Origin: Arenicellales bacterium
GTDB taxonomy: Bacteria > Pseudomonadota > Gammaproteobacteria > Arenicellales > JAOTWM01
NCBI GenBank assembly: GCA_964194565.1
Contig: CAXMMZ010000155.1
Location: forward strand, 1 to 62,721
Length of the DNA: 62,721 nt
Direction: 5' to 3'
Each line of letters opens with the position of its first letter. Positions within the stretch are counted from its first letter, which is position 1. The notes under the pieces are model-generated. The model saw only the letters and a program-made list of their open reading frames with translations, did not search any database and was not told where the DNA came from. Positions 10,017 through 19,129 of this stretch are shown one piece after another. The position numbers were made by a program, and so were the translations under genes.

Positions 10017-10462
10017 TGATTGCCGGTCGGCGCCGATCGCTCTCGCGTCGAAAACGTGATATTCAAGTAGCCGAGCCGGCGAGACATGTCCATCGCGTTC
10101 ACCACGGCTTCATGAGGAGTGCGACGGTCGGCGCGGATCACAACGATGAGATCGCGGTCCCCAGCGGCGGCTGTTTTCAGGGCTGCAGTGAGAGTTTCGA
10201 TCTTTCGATTGACGAGCCGTTTAGCGGCACGTTCGCGAGGGCCTTTGACCGCGAAATCGCCTTCGCTATTTATTTCAATCTCCAACAGATTGTTTTGCGG
10301 TTCTGTAGGTTCGTTGCTTGCTTCTGGCAACTTAATATGAAACTGCGATTCTTTCGAAAACGTTGTCGATACCATAAAAAATATCAACAAAAGGAACACC
10401 ACATCGATCAATGGAGTGAGATTGATCTGTAACTCTTCATCGTCTCGATGGTTAAATCTCAT
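10013..10462 (-). CDS. ExbD/TolR-family biopolymer transport protein
   Basis: 149 aa with a single N-terminal TM carrying the conserved Asp (INLTPLIDVVFLLLIFFMV). Its stop overlaps the msbA GTG (GTGA). Confidence 0.85.
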   Translation of the reverse strand: MRFNHRDDEELQINLTPLIDVVFLLLIFFMVSTTFSKESQFHIKLPEASNEPTEPQNNLLEIEINSEGDFAVKGPRERAAKRLVNRKIETLTAALKTAAAGDRDLIVVIRADRRTPHEAVVNAMDMSRRLGYLNITFSTRERSAPTGNQ

Positions 10463-10480
10463 TGCAGCTTCCCTTCTCCA

Positions 10481-11125
10481 TCAGTCGACGCGTTGGCCAT
10501 GAACCAGTTCGATCACATGTAACGCTTCCTGCTCCATGCTAATGGTCAATTCATTAATACGACCACGAAAATACCGATAAAAAATCAGACTGGGAATTCC
10601 CACCGACAGTCCGGCCGCTGTGGTAATCAGCGCTTCCGAAATACCACCGGCCAATACACTGGGGTCGCCCACGCCGACCGCCGTAATGGCAGAAAATACT
10701 TTAATCATGCCGATCACGGTACCGAGCAACCCCAGCAATGGGGTAATGGCCGCAACGGTCCCAAGCGTGTTCAGATTACGTTCCAGATCGTGCACCACAT
10801 GCCGTCCCGCCTCTTCAATGTTTTCCTTCATTACGATGCGGTGGCTGTTTATGTTCAGGAGCCCAGCCGCCAAAATCCTACCCAGTGGTGAGCTGCGCCG
10901 AATCCACTGGATTTTTGCCTCGTCAAGGTCTTGACGCTCTATGAGCTGGCGAATCTGTTCGGTGAGATCGTGCGGTGTGACGGCCCGTTTCTTTAGAGTC
11001 CATAGCCGTTCGATGATGATGGTCAACGCCGCAAGTGAACACAGCAAAATCGGCCACATTAAAAAACCGCCCGATCGAATTAATTCATACACTTTGATAT
11101 CCCTTACGTAGTCCCGGTAGTTCAT
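10481..11125 (-). CDS. MotA/TolQ/ExbB-family proton channel protein
   Basis: 214 aa, 3 TM segments. GGFLMWPILLCSLAALTIIIERLW and the C-terminal LGLLGTVIGMI...GISEALITTAAGL are typical of ExbB/TolQ. Confidence 0.85.
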   Translation of the reverse strand: MNYRDYVRDIKVYELIRSGGFLMWPILLCSLAALTIIIERLWTLKKRAVTPHDLTEQIRQLIERQDLDEAKIQWIRRSSPLGRILAAGLLNINSHRIVMKENIEEAGRHVVHDLERNLNTLGTVAAITPLLGLLGTVIGMIKVFSAITAVGVGDPSVLAGGISEALITTAAGLSVGIPSLIFYRYFRGRINELTISMEQEALHVIELVHGQRVD

Positions 11126-11164
11126 ACGAAACCGGGACCAAATTGCTGAGAAAATACTGCGTTC

Positions 11165-11218
11165 CTAGTACTCTATCACCTTGATAGTGTACTAGTACTC
11201 GGCCGACGTGAAGTACTC
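11165..11218. repeat. AGTACTC repeats plus a 12-bp imperfect inverted repeat in the comEC-exbB spacer
   Basis: CTAGTACTC occurs at 11165-11173 and 11192-11200, and AGTACTC again at 11212-11218. The inverted repeat is AGTACTCTATCA-cct-TGATAGTGTACT (11167-11193, 11/12 complementary). Confidence 0.6.
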
Positions 11219-11275
11219 GCACAAACAGGCTATTTGGCCGCGCCGAAGTCTAGCAAAACTCCGAATAGACAGCCA

Positions 11276-13447
11276 TCAACGATCGCTCTGGTAGCCGTTT
11301 CGGGATCTCAGACGGCGCTGCTCATCGATCGACTCGCCACGACCGTCCATGCGCACAAACAGCGCGCCGGAGTCGCTGGTGCTGTACACCTCAATCTGTG
11401 CCTGCCGGTATCGCGACAACACGTCGGCATGGGGATGACCGTATCGATTACGGTAGCCCACGCTGATCACGGCAGCTCGGGGTCGTACCGCGCGTAGAAA
11501 TGACTCGGTGGACGAGGTACGGCTACCATGGTGGGGTACCACCAACACGTCGCTGGCGAGGTTCGGGCCATAGTGACTCACCAGTGCCGATTCGGCCGCG
11601 GCTTCAATATCGCCGGGTATCAACACCGAGCCATGTTTATTGGAGATGCGCAATACACATGATGCGTCGTTGCCGGACAGCGCATTCGGATTTTGGGGGT
11701 GCAGCATTTCGAACTTGACGCCCTGCCAAATCCAGTACTGGCCACGGCGGCAGGGTTGCGCACCGTTTAACGACTCAGGCCGGCTTGCCAAAATTTTATC
11801 GATCGGAAACGCCTCGCGCAACGCATCAACGCCCCCAATATGATCGTTATCATCGTGACTGACTACAAGCCGATCGATTCGCCGCACCCCTTGGCTATGT
11901 AGAAAGGGCACGAGCGCAACGTGTCCCATGCTTAAACCCGATCGGAAACGCGGTCCTGTATCGAACACCAAGACCCGTTGCCGGGTTTGAGCGACCACCG
12001 CAAGTCCCTGACCGACGTCCAATACCGACACCCAGACTCCACCCCAGGGTGGCCGCGGCACCGGCCAGACTAGCAACAGCGCGACCGCCACTGCGGCCAA
12101 CCAACGCGCCGGCGCACCGCGCGGCAGCAACCACAGCACTACTCCGAGCGCACCGATGGCGAGCACCCAGCCTGGCAACGTCGGTTGGGTCCATACGGCC
12201 GCGCTCCAGGCGGCTAAACGACTAACTCCCAGCCACAGCGGCTCCAACACCTCGACCGCCAAGCGGAACAGGAGCTCGGCGCAACCTTCCGCACCAATTG
12301 CGAATGCACCGACACCGAGCAGCGAGAGCGGAACGACGATGAACCCAACGACCGGAATCGCAGCTGCATTGGCGAGTGGACTCACCACCGACATCTCACC
12401 AAACGCATACAGCGACAATGGTGCCAGACCACATACCAGGGACAACTGCACGATCGCGGCGCGCTGTAAGCGTAGTCCGCCACGATCGAGCACACGCCGC
12501 CAAGGGGTGTTCTGCGCCCGGTCGGACTCGGATCTGAAGTTCGCTTCCCGAACCACGATGATTCGATGTCGCCGTGCTAACACCGCCGCGATCAGTGCGA
12601 CAGCCCCGAACGACAACCAAAATCCGACAAACATTACTACTAGGGGGTCCAGCACTAGCACAACAAACATCGCTATGCTAATACCGTCCCGCACTCGGCA
12701 ACGCCTCCGCAGCAGTATTGCCGACACAACAACCGCCACCATGACTACGGCCCGCTGGGTCGGTACCGATAAGCCCGCCAGAGCGGCATAGCCGATCGCC
12801 CCTACCAATCCGCTCAATGCCCCGACACAACTGGCCGGCCACCGCAACGGAGCTTGCCCGCATCGCCGCCACAATCCACCCGCAAGCCAGTAAAGCATGC
12901 CACTCACGAGCCCGATGTGAAGCCCGGAAATGGCCATGAGATGAGCCGTACCCGTGGCCCGAAGAACCCGCCAAATTGGATCGGTGACGGCGTGGCGGTG
13001 ACCCACGGCGAGCGCCACGATCAAACCGGCCGTGTCGTAGCCACCGAGCGTCGATTCGATAAACTGCGCCGTGTTCGATCGAAAGCGCTGGATACCGTAG
13101 CGAGTGGGGCCCGATCCCAAATACGTCGGTGGGAACGCGTCGACGACATAACCAGTCGCCGCAATGCGGCGGCCGAACATCCACGCCTCATAGTCGAACG
13201 CCCCGGGATTGTTAACTCCGTGCGGCCGCTTTAGCCTTACCGTAAATTTCCATGACTCGCCGACGCCAACGAGCCGAGTCGGGTCGTACCAGCGAAGGCG
13301 AATCCGCGCCGGCAACGACCAGCCGCGCGGCGCACCCGTGAGTTCGATCACATCGGCCACGAAGCGAGTTGATGCGGCGTCCGAACTCGGTCGCTCGACC
13401 ACGGTAGCGCTCACCGTAATCGTTTGCCCTTCCAGCTTCTCGGGCAA
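11276..13447 (-). CDS. comEC: DNA internalization-related competence protein ComEC/Rec2
   Basis: OB-fold/DUF4131-like N-region, a multi-TM competence domain, and a C-terminal metallo-beta-lactamase domain (VLDVGQGLA..., LVVSHDDNDHIGG). 13447 is a TTG. The frame stays open to 13651 and encodes two more TM helices without any canonical start (see finding). Confidence 0.9.
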   Translation of the reverse strand: MPEKLEGQTITVSATVVERPSSDAASTRFVADVIELTGAPRGWSLPARIRLRWYDPTRLVGVGESWKFTVRLKRPHGVNNPGAFDYEAWMFGRRIAATGYVVDAFPPTYLGSGPTRYGIQRFRSNTAQFIESTLGGYDTAGLIVALAVGHRHAVTDPIWRVLRATGTAHLMAISGLHIGLVSGMLYWLAGGLWRRCGQAPLRWPASCVGALSGLVGAIGYAALAGLSVPTQRAVVMVAVVVSAILLRRRCRVRDGISIAMFVVLVLDPLVVMFVGFWLSFGAVALIAAVLARRHRIIVVREANFRSESDRAQNTPWRRVLDRGGLRLQRAAIVQLSLVCGLAPLSLYAFGEMSVVSPLANAAAIPVVGFIVVPLSLLGVGAFAIGAEGCAELLFRLAVEVLEPLWLGVSRLAAWSAAVWTQPTLPGWVLAIGALGVVLWLLPRGAPARWLAAVAVALLLVWPVPRPPWGGVWVSVLDVGQGLAVVAQTRQRVLVFDTGPRFRSGLSMGHVALVPFLHSQGVRRIDRLVVSHDDNDHIGGVDALREAFPIDKILASRPESLNGAQPCRRGQYWIWQGVKFEMLHPQNPNALSGNDASCVLRISNKHGSVLIPGDIEAAAESALVSHYGPNLASDVLVVPHHGSRTSSTESFLRAVRPRAAVISVGYRNRYGHPHADVLSRYRQAQIEVYSTSDSGALFVRMDGRGESIDEQRRLRSRNGYQSDR

Positions 13448-13716
13448 GACCCGGCCGCGAATATCCGCTACAGTCCACGCACACCAAACGCAGCCAGCGA
13501 TAGCCGCAATGGTTATCGTTGCTGCGCGCCGTCGTACCTGCTTATAGAAAAAGCATAACGAAAGCGCCGTTGCGACCCATAGCGAGAGCGACGAACCGTA
13601 TAGCGTATGAATAATACCGGCACAAAAACCGATTGCGAGGTAGGTGATGTTTTAGCCTCCTGCCAAAACGTAGATAATCGATAATCCTTTACCGGCGCTA
13701 TTATTTCACAGATTGG

Positions 13717-14232
13717 ATGCCACGCAAACGATTAAAACGTTGGTTGCCGACACGCCACGACCTGGCAAGGCACCCATCGCTGCGCTTATTTGGCGGGCGA
13801 CTGACTGACGAAAACCTCTGGCATCTAAATCGCCGTTCGGTGGCTGGCGGCGTAGCGATCGGCGCGTTTTGTGCGTTCTTACCTGTCCCTTTCCAAATGC
13901 TCCCCGCAGCGATGGCGGCAATCGTAGTCCGCGCCAATTTACCGATTTCGGTCGTCGTGGTGTGGATCTCCAACCCACTTACCTGGCTGCCACTATACGG
14001 ATCCGCGTATCTTCTCGGCGCCGCGTTGCTCGATAAACCCCAAATGCCGCTGGATACCATTACTATGGCGTGGCTGTGGCAACACCTCGGCACACTTTGG
14101 GTGGGTTGTTTGTTGCTCGGAAGTATCGCCGCTGTGGCTGGATATTTGACGAGCAGTCTGCTGTGGCGGTCGCATGTGCTATCGAATTTCCGAGCCCGTC
14201 GCGAACGTAGACGGCGGCAGCGACAACGCTAG
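13717..14232 (+). CDS. DUF2062-family membrane protein
   Basis: 171 aa. N-terminus MPRKRLKRWLP...SLRLFGGRL...LWHLNRRSVAGGVAIGAFCAFLPVPFQ is typical of DUF2062. It holds the same position (between comEC and lolD) as in Pseudomonas, as far as I recall. Confidence 0.7.
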   Translation: MPRKRLKRWLPTRHDLARHPSLRLFGGRLTDENLWHLNRRSVAGGVAIGAFCAFLPVPFQMLPAAMAAIVVRANLPISVVVVWISNPLTWLPLYGSAYLLGAALLDKPQMPLDTITMAWLWQHLGTLWVGCLLLGSIAAVAGYLTSSLLWRSHVLSNFRARRERRRRQRQR

Positions 14233-14265
14233 TGCGCGATATTACGGTGTACGACAGCGGCTCGC

Positions 14266-14949
14266 TCACCCCGTAGAGCAGATGACGCCATCCTCCAGGT
14301 GCACCACGCGATGCATGCGCGCCGCGAGTTCCAAATCGTGGGTCACGACGACGAGGCTGGTGCCCCGTTCCGCGTTGAGTTCCAGCATCAGGCTGTAGAC
14401 CGCTTCCGCACTTTGCCGGTCCAGGTTGCCGGTGGGTTCGTCGGCCAGTACACAAGCGGGCGCCGTTACTAAGGCCCGTGCGACGGCTGCGCGCTGGCGT
14501 TCTCCTCCGGACAGTTCACCGGGTTTATGATGGAGTCGGTGCGCTAGCCCGACTCGCTCCAAGATCGCGCCCGCGCGCTCGGACGCCTGGTTTGAATTTT
14601 CGCGACGTATCCACAGCGGCATCGCGACGTTTTCCAGTGCAGTGAATTCGGGCAAGAGATGATGGAACTGATAGACGAATCCCAATTTACGATTACGCAA
14701 ATTTCCACGCTGCGTTTCACTTAACGCGGTGATATCTTGCCCGGCGACCGCCACTTGACCGGCACTGACTGACTCCAAACCACCCAGAATATGCAGCAAG
14801 GTGCTCTTACCGCTGCCTGACACCCCTACTATTGCCACCTGTTCGCCACGCGCCACCTCGAGATTCACGTCCGTCAGTACGTCCACCGCCGTCTTGCCTT
14901 GATGAAAGGTCTTGGCGATGCCACGCCCACTCACCACCGGTGCCGTCAT
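14266..14949 (-). CDS. lolD: lipoprotein-releasing ABC transporter ATP-binding protein
   Basis: Walker [10 protein letters not shown], signature LSGGERQR, Walker [12 protein letters not shown]. The ATG at 14949 ([15 protein letters not shown]) overlaps the permease stop by 1 nt (TGATG). Confidence 0.9.
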   Translation of the reverse strand: MTAPVVSGRGIAKTFHQGKTAVDVLTDVNLEVARGEQVAIVGVSGSGKSTLLHILGGLESVSAGQVAVAGQDITALSETQRGNLRNRKLGFVYQFHHLLPEFTALENVAMPLWIRRENSNQASERAGAILERVGLAHRLHHKPGELSGGERQRAAVARALVTAPACVLADEPTGNLDRQSAEAVYSLMLELNAERGTSLVVVTHDLELAARMHRVVHLEDGVICSTG

Positions 14950-16193
14950 CACTCGTACCTCAACGCATCGGCGGGTTGCGTTCGGGAGGCCCGCCAAGCC
15001 GGATAGATGGTCGCAACAATGCTCATCACGAATGACGCGAGCGTAATTTTCACTACATCAGGCCAATGCATCTCGGCCGGGAAATCGCTGATGATATAAA
15101 CCTCGTCCGGGAAGAACTTTGTCCCCAGTAGATTTTCTATGGCCGGGATCAAGGTTTCCACATTGATCGCCGTAATGACGCCGAGTACGCCGCCTAGCAG
15201 AATGCCGATAACTCCGATTATCGTTCCCTGGACGATAAATACTTGCATTATGCTGCCGGGGCTAAGACCCAAGGTGCGTAGAATCGCGATATCGGACTGC
15301 TTATCGGTCACTACCATTACCAAAGTAGAGACGATATTGAACGCTGCCACGGCCACGATCAAAAATAAAATAATAAACATCACGCGCTTTTCTATTTGCA
15401 ATGCACGAAAAAAATTCGCGTGCTCCTGAGTCCAATCCCGCACTACGGAAAATCGCAATATTTCTTTGAGATGCCGGCTCACGATTGGCGCTTGAAACAC
15501 ATCTTCGAGCTTCAGGCGGATACCACTTACCTGGCCATCGCTGCGGAATAGCGTCTCGGCGTCATCGATATGAATCAACGCCAAACTGCTGTCGTACTCG
15601 TACATTTCCAGGTTAAACACCGCACCCACAGTAAAACGTTTTATACGCGGCAACATACCAGCCGGGGTCACTTGCCCGCGGGGCGCGACGACCGCTACCT
15701 TGTCACCCATCGCGACGCCGAGGCGACGTGCGAGATCGTCCCCTAATACAATGCGAAACGCCCCCGCTTCGAGCGTCTCGAACTCACCCTGTTCCAGATG
15801 TTCGTAGATCGCCGAGACATGCTTCTCCTGCTCGGGTATTACCCCACGAATCAACGCGCCGGAAACGCGGCCGCGGTTGGTAACGAGGCCTTGGCCGAGA
15901 ATAAACGGCGCGCTCGCGGTCACCTGTGGATGCTGTTCGACCTGACGCGCAACCCGCTGCCAATCGCCTAGCCACCCATCGCCACCGCTTACCGTCACGT
16001 GCGACGCCACGGTAAGAATTCGATCGCGTAATTCACTCTCAAAGCCGTTCATAATCGACAACACCGTTATCAGCGCCCATACGCCCAGCACGATACCGAG
16101 CATGGAGGTGGCCGAGATAAACGAAATGAAATGATTGCGCCGTTTGGCACGGGTATAGCGTAGGCCGATAAATAGTTCGAGTGGTATTGTCAT
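14949..16193 (-). CDS. lipoprotein-releasing system permease, LolC/LolE (LolF-like) family
   Basis: 414 aa MacB/FtsX-type permease. N-terminus [23 protein letters not shown], a large periplasmic loop, and 3 C-terminal TMs. It is the only permease gene next to lolD. Confidence 0.85.
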   Translation of the reverse strand: MTIPLELFIGLRYTRAKRRNHFISFISATSMLGIVLGVWALITVLSIMNGFESELRDRILTVASHVTVSGGDGWLGDWQRVARQVEQHPQVTASAPFILGQGLVTNRGRVSGALIRGVIPEQEKHVSAIYEHLEQGEFETLEAGAFRIVLGDDLARRLGVAMGDKVAVVAPRGQVTPAGMLPRIKRFTVGAVFNLEMYEYDSSLALIHIDDAETLFRSDGQVSGIRLKLEDVFQAPIVSRHLKEILRFSVVRDWTQEHANFFRALQIEKRVMFIILFLIVAVAAFNIVSTLVMVVTDKQSDIAILRTLGLSPGSIMQVFIVQGTIIGVIGILLGGVLGVITAINVETLIPAIENLLGTKFFPDEVYIISDFPAEMHWPDVVKITLASFVMSIVATIYPAWRASRTQPADALRYE

Positions 16194-16218
16194 AGAGTCC
16201 GCGTGCCGACCGACGCGT

Positions 16219-17712
16219 TTACGCGCCGGTCGTTTCCGGACGCATGTACGGAAACAACAACACGTCGCGAATCGACGGGCTGTCGGTAAGCAACATCACC
16301 AACCGATCGATACCAATGCCTTCTCCAGCCGTCGGCGGTAATCCGTATTCCAATGCGCGCACATAATCGGCATCAAAATGCATGGCTTCGTCGTCACCCG
16401 CCGCATGCGCGGCGGCTTGCTCGCGAAACCGTTCCGCTTGATCCTCGGGGTCGTTGAGTTCGGAAAATCCATTGGCAATCTCACGCCCCGCAATGAACAG
16501 TTCGAATCGATCGCTGATGCTCGGATCGTCGTCGTTGCGGCGTGATAACGGCGACACCTCCACCGGGTAAGCGGTAATGAAGGTCGGATTTTGCAGTTTC
16601 GCCTCCACGGTTTTATCAAAAATTTCGGCCTTTATTTTGCCGGCACCGTAACTCGGGATCACCTCGATTCCGAGTTTCTCCGCAGCGCAGCGCACGCTAC
16701 TCAATCGCTTGAGGTCGTCGGCCGTCAGCCCGGGATTATGTCGCAATACCGCCTCGTCCATCGTCATGCACGCGAACGGCCCTCCAAAATCGATCTGCTC
16801 GCCTTGATATTCGATCACAGAGGTACCCAGCACCTGCTGCGCGACCTGTTTGAGCAGCACCTCGGAAAATTCCATGAAATCCCGGTAATCGGCATAAGCC
16901 TGGTAAAACTCCAACATAGTGAATTCGGGATTATGTTGCGTGCTGATCCCCTCGTTGCGGAAATTGCGATTGATCTCGAATACCCGCTCAAAGCCACCGA
17001 CCACCAACCGCTTCAGGTAAAGCTCCGGTGCGATGCGCAGATAAAGGTCCATATCCAGAGCGTTGTGGTGGGTTTTGAACGGTCGTGCGACCGCGCCGCC
17101 GGGGATGGCTTGCATCATCGGCGTTTCCACTTCGAGGAATTCATGCATTGTCATAAAGGCACGAATGGCACTCACGGTGGCGGAACGGACACGGAAAGTT
17201 TCCCGGGTGCCAGCATTCATGATCAGATCCACATAGCGTTGCCGGTAGCGCAGTTCCTGGTCGCTCAGGCCATGATATTTCTCCGGCAACGGCCGCAGCG
17301 CTTTGGTCAGCAAGCGTATCGTATCGGCTCGCACTGTCAATTCACCGGTTTTGGTCAGAAACAATTCCCCGCTCACGCCGACCGTATCACCGACGTCGAA
17401 TTTCTTGAATTCGCCATAACGGTCCGCACCTAGCCGGTCGCGTTCCAGCCGTAGTTGTACGCGCCCGGTGGCGTCATGAATATGTGCAAAGCTGGCCTTC
17501 CCCATAACCCGCTTTGCCATCAAGCGTCCCGCGACCCGCACCTTTACCTCACTCTGCGCTAAGGCCTCGGGCTCCAAACCAGCAAATTCGTCCTGCAAGG
17601 CCTGTGCCCAGCGATCGCGGCGAAAATCGTTCGGGAATGGGTTGCCGAGCGCCCGGAGCGCTTGGAGTTTGGCCCGGCGCTGGGCGATTTGGTCGCTGTC
17701 TACCTCGCTCAT
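16219..17712 (-). CDS. lysS: lysine--tRNA ligase (class II)
   Basis: 497 aa with an N-terminal OB anticodon-binding domain and class II motifs (...FRNEGIS..., ...[12 protein letters not shown]). Standard prfB-lysS order. Confidence 0.95.
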   Translation of the reverse strand: MSEVDSDQIAQRRAKLQALRALGNPFPNDFRRDRWAQALQDEFAGLEPEALAQSEVKVRVAGRLMAKRVMGKASFAHIHDATGRVQLRLERDRLGADRYGEFKKFDVGDTVGVSGELFLTKTGELTVRADTIRLLTKALRPLPEKYHGLSDQELRYRQRYVDLIMNAGTRETFRVRSATVSAIRAFMTMHEFLEVETPMMQAIPGGAVARPFKTHHNALDMDLYLRIAPELYLKRLVVGGFERVFEINRNFRNEGISTQHNPEFTMLEFYQAYADYRDFMEFSEVLLKQVAQQVLGTSVIEYQGEQIDFGGPFACMTMDEAVLRHNPGLTADDLKRLSSVRCAAEKLGIEVIPSYGAGKIKAEIFDKTVEAKLQNPTFITAYPVEVSPLSRRNDDDPSISDRFELFIAGREIANGFSELNDPEDQAERFREQAAAHAAGDDEAMHFDADYVRALEYGLPPTAGEGIGIDRLVMLLTDSPSIRDVLLFPYMRPETTGA

Positions 17713-17763
17713 ATCAGCTAATACTCTACTTGACTATTAAACTATAATATATTGTTATTGTTA

Positions 17764-18862
17764 CTATAATCCAGATTTCAGACTTGCCTCGATAAATCCA
17801 TTCACCGCACCGTCCAGTACCGCTTGGGTATTTCCGGTTTCATACCCGGTGCGTAAATCTTTGATTCGCGATTGGTCGAGTACGTACGAGCGAATCTGAC
17901 TGCCCCAGCCGATGTCCGCCTTTTGGTCTTCCATTGCCTGTTGAGCTTGGCGCTGTGCACGCAGCTCCGCCTCATACAATTTTGCCTTAAGCATGCTCAT
18001 CGCTTCGGCTTTGTTACGATGCTGCGAACGGTCGTTTTGACATTGCACGACGATACCGCTCGGCAGGTGGGTAATACGTACTGCCGAATCCGTGCGATTG
18101 ACATGCTGCCCCCCCGCACCACTGGCCCGATACGTGTCGATGCGCAATTCCGCGGGGTTGATATCGATTTCGATGCTGTCATCCACTTCCGGGTACGCAA
18201 ACACTGATGCAAACGATGTGTGGCGGCGATTTCCGGAATCGAATGGCGACTTCCGCACCAGTCGATGTACGCCCGTCTCGGTACGCAGATAACCATAGGC
18301 ATAGCCGCCGTCGATCTTCAGCGTAGCACTCTTTATACCCGCCACCTCGCCTTCGGAGAGTTCGACCGTTTCGACGCCAAACCCCTGGGCGTCCGCCCAC
18401 CGCCGGTACATGCGTAACAGCATATTGGCCCAGTCCTGGGCTTCGGTCCCGCCCGATCCGGCCTGGATGTCTAGAAATGCACTGCTCGCGTCCATCGGGC
18501 CGCTAAACATACGCTGAAACTCCAGACGCTCGATCTCGGCCTGCAAACTCTCGACCTCGAGCTCCACCGCATCGTACGTCTCTTGATCGTCGTCATCGGC
18601 AGCCAATTCCAGCAATTCACAGGATTCGCGCAACGCGTGATCGAGACGATCGAGACCGTGCACAGCTCGTTCCAAAACCACGCGTTCCTTGCCAAGTTGC
18701 TGTGCTAAATCCGGATCGTTCCATACCTCAGGGCTTTCCAGTTGCAAATTGACCTCCTCCAGTCGCTCGGATTTCCCCGCGTAGTCAAAGATACCCCCTA
18801 AGCGCGGTCACTCGTTGTCGAAGAGACGTAATAGAGTCGAAAAAGGCTTGCAGAGATTCCAT
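17764..18862 (-). CDS. prfB: peptide chain release factor 2 (requires programmed +1 frameshift)
   Basis: Frame 0 runs from ATG 18862 and reads [25 protein letters not shown], then TGA (18787-18785). The +1 frame continues [25 protein letters not shown]... with SPF (VRKSPFD) and GGQ ([10 protein letters not shown]). The total is 365 aa, as in E. coli RF2. Confidence 0.95.
18784..18799 (-). other. prfB +1 ribosomal frameshift site with internal Shine-Dalgarno
   Basis: The minus strand reads AGGGGG TAT CTT TGA C, identical to the E. coli prfB autoregulatory shift site. Confidence 0.9.
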
Positions 18863-19129
18863 AGATTTTCTGTCCCCAATGTAATGGTACGACGTAAACG
18901 TAATTCTGGCCGGATCGAACGGTCGGCAAGAATACAAGAATCGTTGACCGTTCGCACGCCGGTTCGTTTTACGCGAATGTTGCTTGAGAAGACGGGCGCC
19001 AAAATGTTGCGTCGCAACAAATGCTGATGCGGAATAATCGACGCTTATAATGAACTGACAATACCAGCTACGAACATATTCGGATGGGAGTTCCCAAAGA
19101 ATCCCAGACCGGCGAGCGCCATCCGTGAA

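Noticed and set aside
12156-12791. 211-aa ORF antisense to comEC, plus several other 70-170-aa ORFs across 11.5-13.5 kb
   Set aside because: These are S/T/A/R-rich, low-complexity translations of the GC-rich comEC region and overlap a well-supported gene.
16591-17433. 280-aa plus-strand ORF
   Set aside because: It lies entirely antisense to lysS, has no recognisable motifs, and its R/H/Q-rich composition is typical of the mirror frame of a strongly codon-biased gene.
18808-19027. Two 70-aa ORFs (both strands) in the pntB-prfB spacer
   Set aside because: Both overlap the true frame-0 leader of prfB (18785-18862) out of frame or antisense. One is merely highly basic and neither has a motif.
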